A DNA stretch of 64,000 nucleotides from Camelus ferus. Taxonomy: Eukaryota. Below are positions 1-12,011 of this stretch, piece after piece (position 1 is the first letter of the stretch; the number at the start of each line of letters is the position of its first letter). The notes under the pieces were generated by a model. The model worked only from the letters and a program-made list of their open reading frames with translations. It ran no database searches and had not been told where the DNA came from. Position numbers and translations under genes: made by a program. The stretch covers positions 3,102,001 to 3,166,000 of the forward strand of contig NC_045697.1 of assembly GCF_009834535.1 (NCBI RefSeq). Reading direction: 5' to 3'.

Positions 1-3000
1 CTTTGTTTAGACTCATCCAACCGGTCTGATGAGAACCTGGTAGACTGATGGTGATGGATGGGTGGGTGTGTCTGAGAGCTGGATCTGCCCCCGCACCCAG
101 GACTTTAGGGCCTCTGAGGTGAGACCCAGCACCGAAAAGGAGCAGTCCTCAAAGGCCAAGTGGCAGGCAGGGATTTCGGGGGGGGAGGGAGGAGGGGTCC
201 ACAGCGGAGAGTAGGGCAGGCCAGTGGAGTCGGCCAACGTGGAAGGAGTAGGCAGCTGGGAGGAAGTGTGGCAGGGAAGGTGAGAGCTGGGACTTAGATC
301 CAGGGATGCAAACAGCTCACATTGTCCCTGGAAGAGGGTGAGAGATAGGCCCATCCTGCTGTCCTGCCCTCATGAGCTGAGAGCCAGAGGAGATCAGGAC
401 TCAGTAATGAGGAACAGGGCATGGCCTGGGGCCTGATTGGCTAGTGCAATCCAGGAGAACACCCTGGAGGAGGGGACATTTGAGACTGGACCTGGAGAAT
501 GAGGAGGAGCTGCTGTGTGAAGCTGGGGGAAAGAGAAAAGAAAAGAGTCTGGCACGTTCCAGAACCTTTAGATGCCCATCACGGAGCAAGGCGGAGGTGG
601 CAGAGGTGGGCAAGTGACAGGGGGCCTCCAGGACACTTGGCAGCCCTGTCACTTCACCTCTCAGAGCTCTGTCCCGTGATAGAGAGCTCTGGCCCTCGCC
701 AGGCACAGAAGGCGCTTCACAGATGGCAGCAGCCATTGTCGTGATGACAATGCCACTATGGTGATGATGTCGCTCCTGTGAAGTGGGCGGGCACTCCAGA
801 GCTTAGACCCAGCTCAGCAGGACTCACCTCTGCAGACAGGGCCTCCGCCTGCTGTGTCATGGGTCAGGAATGCACCGTGGGACCCAGTCCTCAGAAGAAG
901 CGCAGCCCCTCGCTGGCCCAGAGTCACAGGCTGAGTGGGTCTGAAGCCGGAGCCCACCGGGGGCCAGGCAGCAGCTGGCGGGCTGCAACGGAGCATCTGA
1001 GCTTGGTGAGGTGCAGGGAGGTGGGTGCTGGGTGCGCCCTGCAGGGGAAGTAAGCCAGGCCAGTCCCAGAGCACCCACCCCATGGCTGCATGCCCTCAGG
1101 TGAGACACGTGACTTCTCTGAGCCTGGGTTTCCTGAAGCTGTAAGATGAGCAAGAGAATCTCAGGGCAGGTGAAGATGGTAGCAAATGTCCTAGAGTCTC
1201 TGGCTGTAGCCTGGCCTGTGGTCCTCCATCAGTGCTGGAGAACTGTGGGCATCAGATTCCGAACTGGGGTCCCTAAGTAGTTCTTAGGGCATCCACAGGG
1301 CCCTGATCCTCAACACCAAGTGTGTAGGAGTGTGCATGTTTCCAAGATGGATCACTTCGTCTATGTGTCTGAGGGTCCACGACCACAAACGGACAGCATG
1401 GATGGCCCAGCCTTGGTGTGGACAGGCCTCGGTGGGCCCTTCTGCCAAGGGAAGGGGGGACCCCAGCTCTGTGGCCCTGCCTGTCTGAATGCCCAGTCAT
1501 CTTGAGGACCTGCAGGCGGCAGCTTCTCAGGAAGAGCCCTGGACTCCTAACCAGAAGGTTCGAATATGCCGCTTTTGGGCTGTGTGACACAGGGGATGTC
1601 ACAGCCCCGTCTGCAGCCATCTGCATCCTCTGAGCACCACTGCCTCGCACACACTCTCTTCCCGCCCAGGTGTGAGCGCATCTGCGCACCTGGCCCAGTG
1701 CTGGCTGGTTCCCAGCCAACGTTCCTCTGCTGAGCTCTCGCTGCCAGCGGAGGTTAGTGGTTACTGAGTCCTGTCTTCAGGGAACCCTTGCCAGTGGAGG
1801 CGGGTTACAAGGGTAAGTTAGATCATCTCTCTTAGAAACTACCCTATGGCTGTTAAGATACTGGGAGAAACATCATTAAGGCTTTGCGAAGCATCAAGGC
1901 TTCCAGGTTCCGAGACCCACAAATGAACTTAATTGCCTTCTGACCCACCCGCCCATCATGTGTGAGGTCTCTGTGGGGTGGGAGCAGTCTAGTCTGGTTT
2001 ATGTCTGCATCCCAGCACCCGGCGTTGCACACGTGAAGGAGGAGAGGGCAGGGCAGAGGCAGCCCCTCCCCCGCTCCCCACGGGGTCCTGGGCACCCGCC
2101 CACCCCTGCCGTGGGGCGCCTGTTATGTAGTAGGGCTCACCTAGTGCAGAGTCCAGCAGCTCCTGGGGCTACTCCTGTGGTTCAGTTTTCAGGAAGTTTG
2201 CACACTGGTTGTTGAACCTAGCCATTTCTGAAAAACAAATACTTGTGATTATATAAATTAGATTTAAAGCAAAGGTAATAAAACCCAACTCTCCCCACTC
2301 CCAGTGCTGCAGTTCAGTACTGTCTGGGCTCTCGAGGTTACCTGCGTCTCTTACATCTGTGTGGGAGAAACATCTGGTTACCTGCCGCCGCTGAGCGTCT
2401 CTCTCCAGCTCGGCATTCGGAGGTGTCAAGTTGGAAGCTTGAGACTGGCTGTGGTGTGAGTATCACACCACAGACAGGAGCCCTGAGGGCTCTGGGAGCC
2501 CGGGGTAACGGGCAGTCAGGAGAGGCCTCCTGGAGGAAGTGAGGGCAAAGCCCAGGTGTCAGGAGTGTGGGAGCAACCCGGGCGGACGAGGAGGGGCTGG
2601 CATTCCAGGCAGAATGGGCGACGGCACGGATGGGACTATTCCCATTTTGCAGACGTCACAGCTGAAGCTGTGTCAGTCAGCACAGCTGGACGGGCTTGAA
2701 CCAGGACCGGATCCCTGTGTGTCCAGCTCCTGGGCCTGAGGTCTTTGCATGACAGTGCCATAAAGGGTGACATTTAGGCACACCCCCATGTGGGACCCCT
2801 GCCACGCTGCCAAAGTGGACTCCTCCCACGGGCGCTCCTTGGGAGACCAGTGTACCCCAGGAGCGAGGCCGCCCCGGAACGTTCCTCCGCCAAGTCGCCG
2901 TGCCCCAGGCTTCCTTCCTGCCAGCTCTGGAGGGAGCTCAGCCCCTTCCGGCCTGGGCAGCTACCTGGGACAAGGCCGCCTGCCTCCTGGGGGGCCTTCG

Positions 3001-3111
3001 GGAACCAGGGGCCAGGGAAGGGTCTGGGCTCAGAAAGCCAGCTCCAGCCTCTGGGGTCACTTGTGCCCCACCATGCCCCCCCGCGGTGGCAGGCACGTGG
3101 GGAGGCAGAGT

Positions 3112-3251
3112 CTGTGTGTCTGTGTGTCTGGGTGTGTGTATGAGTGTGTGTCTTTGTATGTTTATGTATGCCTGTGTGGCTGTGTATGTCTGTACGTGTG
3201 TATGTATCTGTGTGTATCTACATCTGTGTGTGTCTGTGTGTGTGTGTGTGC
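3112..3251. repeat. Degenerate (TG)n/(TGTA/TGTC) low-complexity microsatellite
   Basis: Continuous tgtgtgtctgtgtgtc...tgtatgtc...gtgtgtgtg run. It explains the CV-rich and TH-rich junk ORFs that overlap it. Confidence 0.9.
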
Positions 3252-3544
3252 GCTCTGAGGACTCCAGGCCCAGATTCAATTAGGAGGGACTTTTGTAACT
3301 TAGCAAAAAAGGGTCTCTTGTGTTACCTCCCCCATACCAACCTGGCAGCTGGGCCCCACAACGCACAGCATGGCACACAGATTTGGTGATTTTCGTGAAA
3401 AACAAAAATGATTGATGTTTTTGCTTTTCAAAGTTTCCCAGATGTCTTTGCACATTTCTCTCTTGATCATCCCAATAACCTTTAGAATGAGTGGTTTCGC
3501 TTTCAATTCAAGGAAACCACCCTTTGGGGAACAAGAATGGAGGC

Positions 3545-4100
3545 ATTTTTTCCACTATATAATTCACAATTTTAATCACTTTAAAGTATACAATTGAGTG
3601 GCATTTAACCCATTCTCCATGTCATACAACCCGTACTGCCTCTAATTCCAGAACATTTGTACCACCCCAGAAGGAAGCCCCACACCCATTAGCAGCCCTG
3701 GCAGCGACAAGGCTCTTTGGTCCCTGTGGACCCGCCCGTGCTGGACGTTTGCTGTACATGGAATCACAGAGCAGGTGGCCTTTGTGTCTGGCTTCTTTCT
3801 ATAGCTGGTGTTTCCAGGTCTCACCAGTGTTGTCACGCACGTCACAGCTTCACTGCCTTTTACAGAAAGAACTAGGTTCTAGAGGACCGACCCATCTCAT
3901 TTTCTGTATCCATTCGTCCTTCGGTGGACAGTGGGGTTGTTTCCACTTTTGGCCATTGTGGACAATGTGGCTGTGAATGTGGGTGTGCAGGTGCCTTTTT
4001 GAGTTCTGGGCTTTGATTCCTTTGGGTCGACCCAGGGGTGAGCTGGGTCACGTGCTAATTCTGGTCAGCTGATGGGGGAACAGCCAGACTGGTTTCCATC
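3545..4100 (-). mobile_element. Old LINE-1 (L1MB/L1MC-like) 3' UTR fragment
   Basis: Reverse-strand L1M 3' motifs: 'tttaaagtatacaattgagtggcattt', 'ccagaacatttgtaccaccccagaaggaagcccc', 'ggaatcacagagcaggtggcctttgtgtctggcttcttt', 'ggttgtttccacttttggccattgtg'. Boundaries approximate. Confidence 0.8.
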
Positions 4101-5072
4101 TGCTGCACAGAAGCCACACGTCTCAAAAGGAGGCAGAAGGGGAACTTGAACTAGGTCCTTTGGGGCCAGAGCCTGACCCCTCTTGCTGCAGACCGCCCCA
4201 ACCTCCTTTCCATCTTCTCCTCGGCCCTCCCTGGCAGGAGGCGAGCAGCAAGAGCACAGCCTCACTCCCCAGGGGCGCCTCCTAGGAGGGCTGTGGCGGC
4301 CCCCTGTGCCGGGGCTTGAAGGACGAGGAGGAGCCCCTCAGTGCCTGCCAGGGGAAGACAGATGTGAAGGGAGCTGGCACGGTCAGGAAGGTGTCTAGAA
4401 TCCCGGTGGTTGTCAGGGGAGGCTGTGTCGAGCTTGCTCTGACTCAGATCACAGTAAGTGTGCCCAACATACCCTGGTCCTGCCAGCCCCCAGGGCTGAC
4501 CTGCACTGACCCCTTCACCCCACAACTCCAGGGGGTGCCAGGATGACCCCATTCACAGGTGAGCAGACTGAGGCTCCCAGAGGCCAGCTGGCTCGCGCAG
4601 CATCCCAGAGGCTCTGGCATAGGTGCCCTTGACATCATGCTGTTCAGCCTTTCCCTTGTGCCCCCAGGACTGGGGCTCAGAGAGACCAAAAACTCGCTCA
4701 GGGTCACACAGCAGAGGCTGGGGAAGTGGGAGGGTGTGAACGCAGGCCTAGGCCTGTCTGGCTCCTTTGCTCATCTTCCATACCTCATCCGTGAAATGGG
4801 GGCATAATAAACCATCCACTTCTTGCTCTGAAGCGGTAGCGGGGAAAATTAAATGAAACTCTAATGACACCACGTGTGCACTGAAACCCTAGCGCTTCCC
4901 AGGCGGTGGAGGTCCTTGTCCTGGGCGCTCACGGACTCGGTCTGCAATGCGAGGTGCGTTTGTACGTGTCAGGAGTCAGGGCTCTGGCCCCAGCTCTGCA
5001 GCTGCTCACTGTGGGTCCCTAACGGAATCGTTTCCCCCTGGGTTTGGTTCTGACAGCTGCAAAGTGGAATGA

Positions 5073-5312
<240 letters not shown>

Positions 5313-6925
5313 CGCTGCCGCGGCGCCTGACCACGGAACGCCTGCGGGAACCACCGCACCCCTCCTACCGCACCGGCTCTGGCTTCTCTGTGTCCGCAGG
5401 AGGGGCGGGCGGGCGGCGCCTGGGCGGGGCCGGGCTGGGGGCGGGGCGGGCGGAGGCCCCACCCACGGCAGGTACAGCCCCGTTTCTGGCCGCCGCGCTG
5501 CTGCCCAGGCACCCGGCTTTGCACTGCTCCTTCCGCGCTGTTGCTTGCCATCCAGGAGATGCTGCGGAGTAGCTGTCCCCGGAGATGGAACGTTTAGACA
5601 ACCGCAGCCCACCTTCCTGGCCTCCCCCACCCTCGCTAGGCCCTCGGGGCACAGAGGTGACAGGACTTGAGATTTGAGGAGGCTTGTCAATGACAGGTCA
5701 TGGGTCGGTGGGCGCACAGCTCCCGGGGTCCTGGGGAGGCAGGGCCTGGCACACTGCCCCGGGACAGGGGGAGCGCTGCGGGCACCCAGGGCTGCGGGAA
5801 GCGTGAGGACTGGATTTTTGCCGCCTTTGTGACGAGTTTAGGGAGAACTTCAATTTAAGGGGGCACCTCCTGCCAGGGCCCTCCGTGCACTGCGTTGTCC
5901 TTCCAAATCATCCCTTAGATGCCTAAATGATATCTTTAAAGTAACAGAAGTTTTTATTTTATTAAAAAGTATAGCCTACTTAAACATAAAGACGGCATAT
6001 ATAAAGAGTTTAATTTTATGATCCCGCTAAGTGGGGAGCGCCTCCAGCCTTATTTCTCCACCGTTCGGATCTGTGTGGTTTCAGTTTTTGGTGTGTTCCT
6101 GATACATAGGACTCCTTGTCTGTTTTCTTTTTGCCTTTTTGCTTTTTGCCCTGTCACACAGGTACCTTGAAAAGCAGGCAGCCCCCACCCCACCTGCCCA
6201 CCTAATGCTGTTTGTAAGTACAGCCACCAGTGTTTTCCTGTTGTTCTCCAAGTCTGGGAGAGAAAACTTCCTCCCCTGATGGCCAAAGCCCCAGAATAAA
6301 GGATTTCCACGTTCCCAGCCTGCCCCTGACGTGGTTTGGTGGGACCCCTTTGCGACCTGGCCTGGAATCCCAGCTCCGCCTGGAACACAGACACTCCCAG
6401 GGAGTGAGGCTCATGCCTGGTCCTGAGACTGACACCCAGACACTTGGGGAGACAGGGATGGGAGATGTTGCCTAAATCTGCGAAGTCAGCAGAGCATCTG
6501 CAGCAGAGGGTCAGTGGGTCCCCAGTGGGAAGGTATCCTGTTTGTAACTAGGTGTGGGTTTGTGTGCGGCGCCTGACCCAGGATGTTTGTAAAGTGCGCT
6601 GAGAGGCCTGTGAAACATGACAGTAGTGTCCCCAGAGTCTGTCTCCCCGTCTTTGTGAAGCTGCATCTTTCCCTGTGTCCTGACTGTTTCCATCCATGCA
6701 TCAACATCACTCAGCTTTCTTTTGGCCCCCAAACCTCCAAGTCCCGCTGCGCACCTGGCTTCTCACCAGCCTGGCTTGGCCACGGAGGGAGTCCTCAGCA
6801 CCCAGCGTCCCTCCTTCCATTGTGCAGTCTGAGCCCGTCACTGGAAAGCCCCCTTCTCTCATTAGTGAACGTCATGTCGGACCCCAAGGGGGCCTGGAAA
6901 AATAAAGGATGATGTATTATAACTT
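5313..6925 (+). other. ABLIM2: ABLIM2 3' UTR (about 1.6 kb to the distal poly(A) signal)
   Basis: Follows the stop codon and lacks recognisable interspersed repeats. It has an AU-rich block at ~5900-6030 and candidate signals ATTAAA 5961, AATAAA 6295 and AATAAA 6901. The 3' end is inferred. Confidence 0.7.
6901..6906 (+). terminator. Probable main polyadenylation signal of ABLIM2 (AATAAA)
   Basis: AATAAA in 'ggaaaaataaaggatgatgtattataacttgtg'; it is the most distal candidate before the first downstream LTR repeat (~7725). Confidence 0.6.
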
Positions 6926-7724
6926 GTGAAAGTGAAAAGCCACTTCTGATAAACGCGTGTCATTTCTAGCTGCGGGGCCCCTTCTGTCGAAAGTGCTGGG
7001 GGTGGGGGGCGTTTGCTGAAAGTGGTCACTTTGTAAGTCTCCACGGGACAGGGGCAGGCCATTCGGGGTGGGTTCCCATGTTGGCATCGGGGACGCCCTA
7101 GGCCAGCCGTCTCAGAGGTGGCCACTAAGGATGTGGATGTCTGCTTCCTCCCGCACCTGCTGATGGGAGAGGGATGTGTAAGAGCTGATGTCTGCCCTCA
7201 GGCAGGTTGGGGAGGCCCAACTAGTGAAAAGACAATGACAAGACCTTTGCAGAGGCCCCAGGAAGAGGCCCCAGAGGAGGTCAAGGGAGGCTTTCTGAGA
7301 AGGTGCTGGCCAAACCAAGTCTTGATAGATGACTAAGTATTTATTCCCTCCCGGAGGCCAATGAAGGGAAGGGTGTTCCAGGCTGAGGGAACAGCAGGAG
7401 CAGACACGCTGAGCTAGAGTTTTGTTTTGTTTCTAATAGAAAACATTCAGTAACTTTAGTTGGACTCCCGCTCTCCCTAGTCGCTCATCCCCTAACACCC
7501 ACATACAGTGAAGCAGGTGAGGAGCAGTATCTGTCTCAGAGACAGCAGTCCATTCAGAAGACAAGGGATAAAACAGCCTAATACACCAATCTCCAGGGTC
7601 TGGAAACGTGGGTGGTTGGTTACGGCCGGAGCAGAGGCTGAGGGAGGGAAGAGAAAGAGGTCAGGGCTCCCTCATGGGAGGGCCCAGCAGGTCTGCTCAT
7701 CCTGGGATGAAATGCTTCATAGTC

Positions 7725-8085
7725 TATCTTCATCCCCTAGGGCTGCTGTAACAAAATACCACAGACTGGGGGCCTGAGTAACAAGCACTGATTTCTCTTA
7801 GTTCCGGAGTCAGAAGTTCAAGATCAAGGTGCTGGCATGACTGGGTTCTGGCGAGAGCTGCTTCCTAGCCTAGAGATGTGTCAGCTGTGTCCTCACAGGG
7901 CAGAGAAAAGTCATTTGTCTTCTCACCTAGTTCATCCTCTTACAAGGGCATGAATCCCATTGTGAGGGCTCCACCCTCAAGACCTAATCAACTCCCAAAT
8001 CCCCCCTCCCCCATCCATCACACTGGGGATTAGGGCTTCAACATATGAAGCTTGGGGGGAGACACAGTAACTCAGTCTATAGCAG
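7725..8085 (-). mobile_element. MLT1A/B-type ERVL-MaLR solo LTR
   Basis: 'ggctgctgtaacaaaataccacagactggg...agaagttcaagatcaaggtgctggca...gggattagggcttcaacatatgaa...cagtctatagca'. Confidence 0.85.
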
Positions 8086-8869
8086 CCTCTAATCTGATTC
8101 CAATGACATTAATCATGAGCTTTGGGATTTTCCCCTCAAGGCCTGTTCACATGTACACAATCTGCTCCATCTTAGTAAACAGCACAACTGTCTACCCAGT
8201 TATGCAAGTCAGAAACCACATTTCCCTCCGTCCTCAGGGGCAGCCCACCAGAAGTCCTGGTTTCACCCCTGAAGCATTCTCTGCATCTCTCCATCTCAGC
8301 AAATACGGGCATGAAATTATCCAGATCAGAAAACATTCTGAGAATGGAAGGCGGGGAGGGGTGGCCGAGAGAGTAGGAGGGAGGGAGCTGGAGACCCAGC
8401 CACAAGCCAGAGGGACATGGGAGTGGCTCTATGGACAGTTTGGGGCTGTCCTTAAGCCCACTCTCCCTTGCTCTTGGTTCTGAGCCAGTGGGAGGTGGAT
8501 GAGGAACCAGGCACTGTATCAGTTTCCTCATGCACCAGACCCCAAAACCCAAATGCAGAGCTTCTGAAACAAAGTTGGGAAACATTGCTTAGTGTGTTTT
8601 AGGTCAGAAAAATCTTCACCTCCTACCCCACCCACACCAAGAACCAGGGTCCCTCGCAGTAAGAAGTGGCAGCCCCTTACCAGCCAGCACAACAAGGAAG
8701 GAGCCTGCCTGCGAGCCCGCCCTTCCGGGAAAAGCAGCAGAAGGGCCTCCAGGCCCGGCCCCAGCACAGCTCCCAGAGGCAGAGAAGAGAACGGTGTAGC
8801 ATTGTCTATCAGCACTCCCTCGGGTGAGTGCTCCCTCCTGTTCGGAGCACGGGGGAGCCACATGATAAT

Positions 8870-8995
8870 CCCTTGAGGCCGAACCTTCTGTAATCCCCAC
8901 TTCACAGATGAGGAAACTGAGGCACAGAAGGAGGCGGAGGACCTTGCCCAGGACGGCCCAGCTGGCGTGTCAGACCTACGATTTCAAGCCCTACG
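8870..8995 (-). mobile_element. MIR SINE fragment
   Basis: MIR core 'ccccacttcacagatgaggaaactgaggcacaga...ttgccca'. Confidence 0.75.
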
Positions 8996-9971
8996 ATTTC
9001 TCCTGGATATGGAGACCGGGCATCGGCTCGCGGGTGCCGGACCTAGCCAGCCTGCGAGAGCAGAGCTTGGCACCTGGGTCACCCTCACACCAGGCCAGCG
9101 GCTCCCCTGCCTCACCATCCAGAGGTGGCGGTGGCCAGCTGTGTCCTGCTTGGGGAAGACGATGTCCCAGGCCGGAGGTCACTTCCGGTCACCCTTGGTT
9201 CACGAGGCTCCCCGGGCAGTCCGCCGGCGCCGAGGGCACTGAGCATGCCCTGCTGCTCAGTTTTCCCCAAGTGGAGGGTGGGCTCCCGGGGGGCCCACAG
9301 CCCCAGCTGGCCCTCCTGCCCACGCTGCCCCCAACCCTCCCTCCTCCTAGGCAGTCACCCCAAATTTCCTTCTGCTCCTTTCTAGGCCCCTCCCCACGAC
9401 ACCGCCACTCCTTGCCATTGCTCTACATAGTTCCCACGCTGCCCCTCCGGAGGGGAGGCTGCCCATCACCTAGGTGAAAGCTGGATCGTTCCAGAAGCTA
9501 GCTCCCATGGCCCGTTGTCTCCCTCTGGCCACCCCTACCTTCCAGAGTGGAAGCCTCCCTGGTGTCGGATGAGTGACCCACCTGCGCCGCACGATCCCGG
9601 ATCCGGCACGGTTCCCGGGAGAGGGCGCATCCTTCAGCGCCAGAACGCTTCTGCCAAATTAAGTGAGAAAGGAGATACAGGCCTCCCTGGTGACCGCCAG
9701 AGGCTGCCAGCTATGCTGAACCGCGTTTCAAGAATAATAGAGGCTTCCTGTCCTCTGGGCCAAATCCCCAGGTCCATGAAGATGCCTCCGCGGCACATCG
9801 TTTCTGATAGGTCCACGGAGGAAGCCCCGCCTCCTAACGGCGCCTCCTGCCACCGACACCCTGAACATCTCTCCGTTCTAATGCTTTGATGCTCCATCGC
9901 GCCCTCCAGTCCGTCCTGTGCTCAGCAGCCCACAGCGTCTGCTTTTTTTTTTAATCATGGGTTTTCAGCAA

Positions 9972-10320
9972 TTTGGTAGGCAGTCTTTGAGGTGACCCCC
10001 AGTGATCCCTGACCCAAGAAAGTCAGCTGCCCTGTTGTGAGGGGCCCTGTGTAGTGTCCACATAGTAGGGGACTGAGGGAGGCCAACAGCCGAGAGGAAC
10101 TGTGACCTTTGAGAAGACATATGAGTGACATGAGCCATCACATCAGACTATGGCCCCAGCCAACAGTCTGGCTGCAAACTTGTGAGAGACTTCGAGCTGG
10201 GGGCATCTAGTCGAGCCTTGCTAGGTTGCTGGCCTACTGAAACTGTGAGATCACCAGGGCAAGTTGTTTTAAGCTGCTGGATTCGGAGGTGATTTGTTAA
10301 GCAGCAATACATGACTAGTG
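9972..10320 (+). mobile_element. MLT1 (E/F-like) LTR fragment
   Basis: 'ccccagccaacagtctggctgcaaacttgtgagagac', 'actgaaactgtgagat', 'ttgttttaagctgctg...gtgatttgttaagcagcaata'. Confidence 0.7.
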
Positions 10321-10914
10321 CAGCAGCCCTGTGGGCTTTCAGTGAGCTTGCGTCACATCCTAAACCGGGCCCAGACTTCCACAGGTGCCCAGGTGCCGTA
10401 GGTGCTCGTTGTTCCCTCTGGGCCCCAGAGTCTAGGAAGACTGCGTCACAGGTGTCATGGAAATATAGCTTACCTTGGGATATAAATAGCTTGCAATTAA
10501 TTTTATTCCTCAAGAGGCTTGTCACTGGAAGAATCTGGAAGAGGTCTCCGGGCACTAACCCTGCCACGTAGCCCTTCAGAGTATCAAACTAAGTCAGGTG
10601 TGCCCACAAAGTGTGGTGGTCCAACGCTTGGATCAAAGAGCCCTGACCTTCCCCCCATCAAATGAACACTCTCTTTACATCAGAAGGGCTGTGGTGGCAA
10701 AGAGAAATTGGGCTTATTTTCTGAGTTTCCAAGAGGTCCCAAAATTTCAGTTTCACGTAGGGAAAAACTTTCTACTAATCAGAGAAATCTACTTGTTCAA
10801 TGGGTGATGAGTTTCTTGTCAGTGGATGTAAGCCCAAGCAGGGTGACCACTGATGAGGAGGGAGAGTCAGGCTGAGTTTAGTAATTCAACAAACATTGGC
10901 TGAATGTCTACATG

Positions 10915-11800
10915 GTACAGCTAGGAATTCTGTAAGTAACAGAAAAATTGACTAACAGTGGCATACATCAAGAAGGGATTTGTTTTTCCTACCTCGTAAA
11001 CATCTGAGGGTAGATGATTCCTGCTCTTGGTTCAGTGGCTCGGGGGTAGAAGAGTCAGAATCGCTCTGATTGTAAGATTGCTGATGCAGCTCCAGATATC
11101 ACATGTATGTTCAAGGTCACAGTCCCTTGAACTGCTGGGAAGAAGCAGTAGAAGCTGTATTTATTGCTTTTCCCAGAGACAACAATCTTCCCTAGAAACC
11201 AGTGATGTGCTGGTAAGTCTTCAATTACGGGCATTCTAGGGGATGGGAGGAAGGAAGGAAGTCCTGATTTGTAGCAATTACCAATTTCTATGGTATAAAT
11301 TCTCCTACCACATCTGATTTCAAGCTACCAATGTGATGTTTCTGGCTGCAGATATGGGAAGAGATGCCCATAGAACACCATTATATTAATTTCTATCATA
11401 TAGTTATGATAGATTAAAATCCTTGATAGCTTAGATAATTGTAAACTGTAGTAAAGTAATTAGGAAGAAATGAATTTTGAGTATTTACTATCTTTGTTTT
11501 TAATATGACTTTTAATTGTACATTTACTTACTTTCTAAGTAATGACTGTGTTTAACAAATGACTTGCAGAATTCCTGTACTGTGAGCAGTTGGCTCTTGT
11601 GGTCTGGTGCACACTGGCTCCAGGATACCATGGCTGGGTATCTTTCCACCACCTTCCACTGCGTCTCACTGGCTGAGACAATTAACACATGGCCACCCTG
11701 GGCTATAAGGGAGGCTGGGAAGTACACTGTTTGAGTCTCTCTAATGGAATATGGCCAAGGAAAAGGGGGCTGGGAAGGACAGTAGGGCCAGACAACTAGC
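10915..11800 (-). mobile_element. Old MLT1 (J/K-like) LTR, split by a hAT MITE
   Basis: 'gtaagtaacagaaaaattgactaacagtggc' on the left and 'tctcactggctgagacaatt...acatggccaccctgggctataagggaggctgggaagt' on the right. Confidence 0.6.
11199..11632. mobile_element. MER63-like non-autonomous hAT (Blackjack) DNA transposon
   Basis: Imperfect terminal inverted repeats 'ccagtgatgtgctgg' ... 'ccaggataccatgg'; internal 'tgatttgtagcaattaccaatttctatggtataaattctcctaccac..tgatttcaagctaccaatgtgatg'. Confidence 0.7.
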
Positions 11801-12011
11801 TGATGGATTGCTCTACCTTTGACCAGTTGCCCTAGAACAGAACTGTGCTGGCATTTGAAGCACAGCAGTAAGAAAGACACTTTCGACATCTGTTCTCATG
11901 GGGCTTCCATGCCAGTGGTAAGAGGGCCATTTTAAAGAAATAAGTAGAATTGTGATGAATGCCAGAGAGCTGTACACGGAGTTACGAATGTATGTACTGG
12001 GAAGGGGAGCT

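Noticed and set aside
2767..3389. Cys/Val-rich and Thr/His-rich ORFs
   Set aside because: They are translations of the (TG)n microsatellite.
5518..5526. Overlapping miR-19, miR-130 and miR-148/152 seed matches (TTTGCACTG), with TGCACTG again at 5886
   Set aside because: 7-mers occur often by chance, the context is GC-rich, and conservation cannot be checked here.
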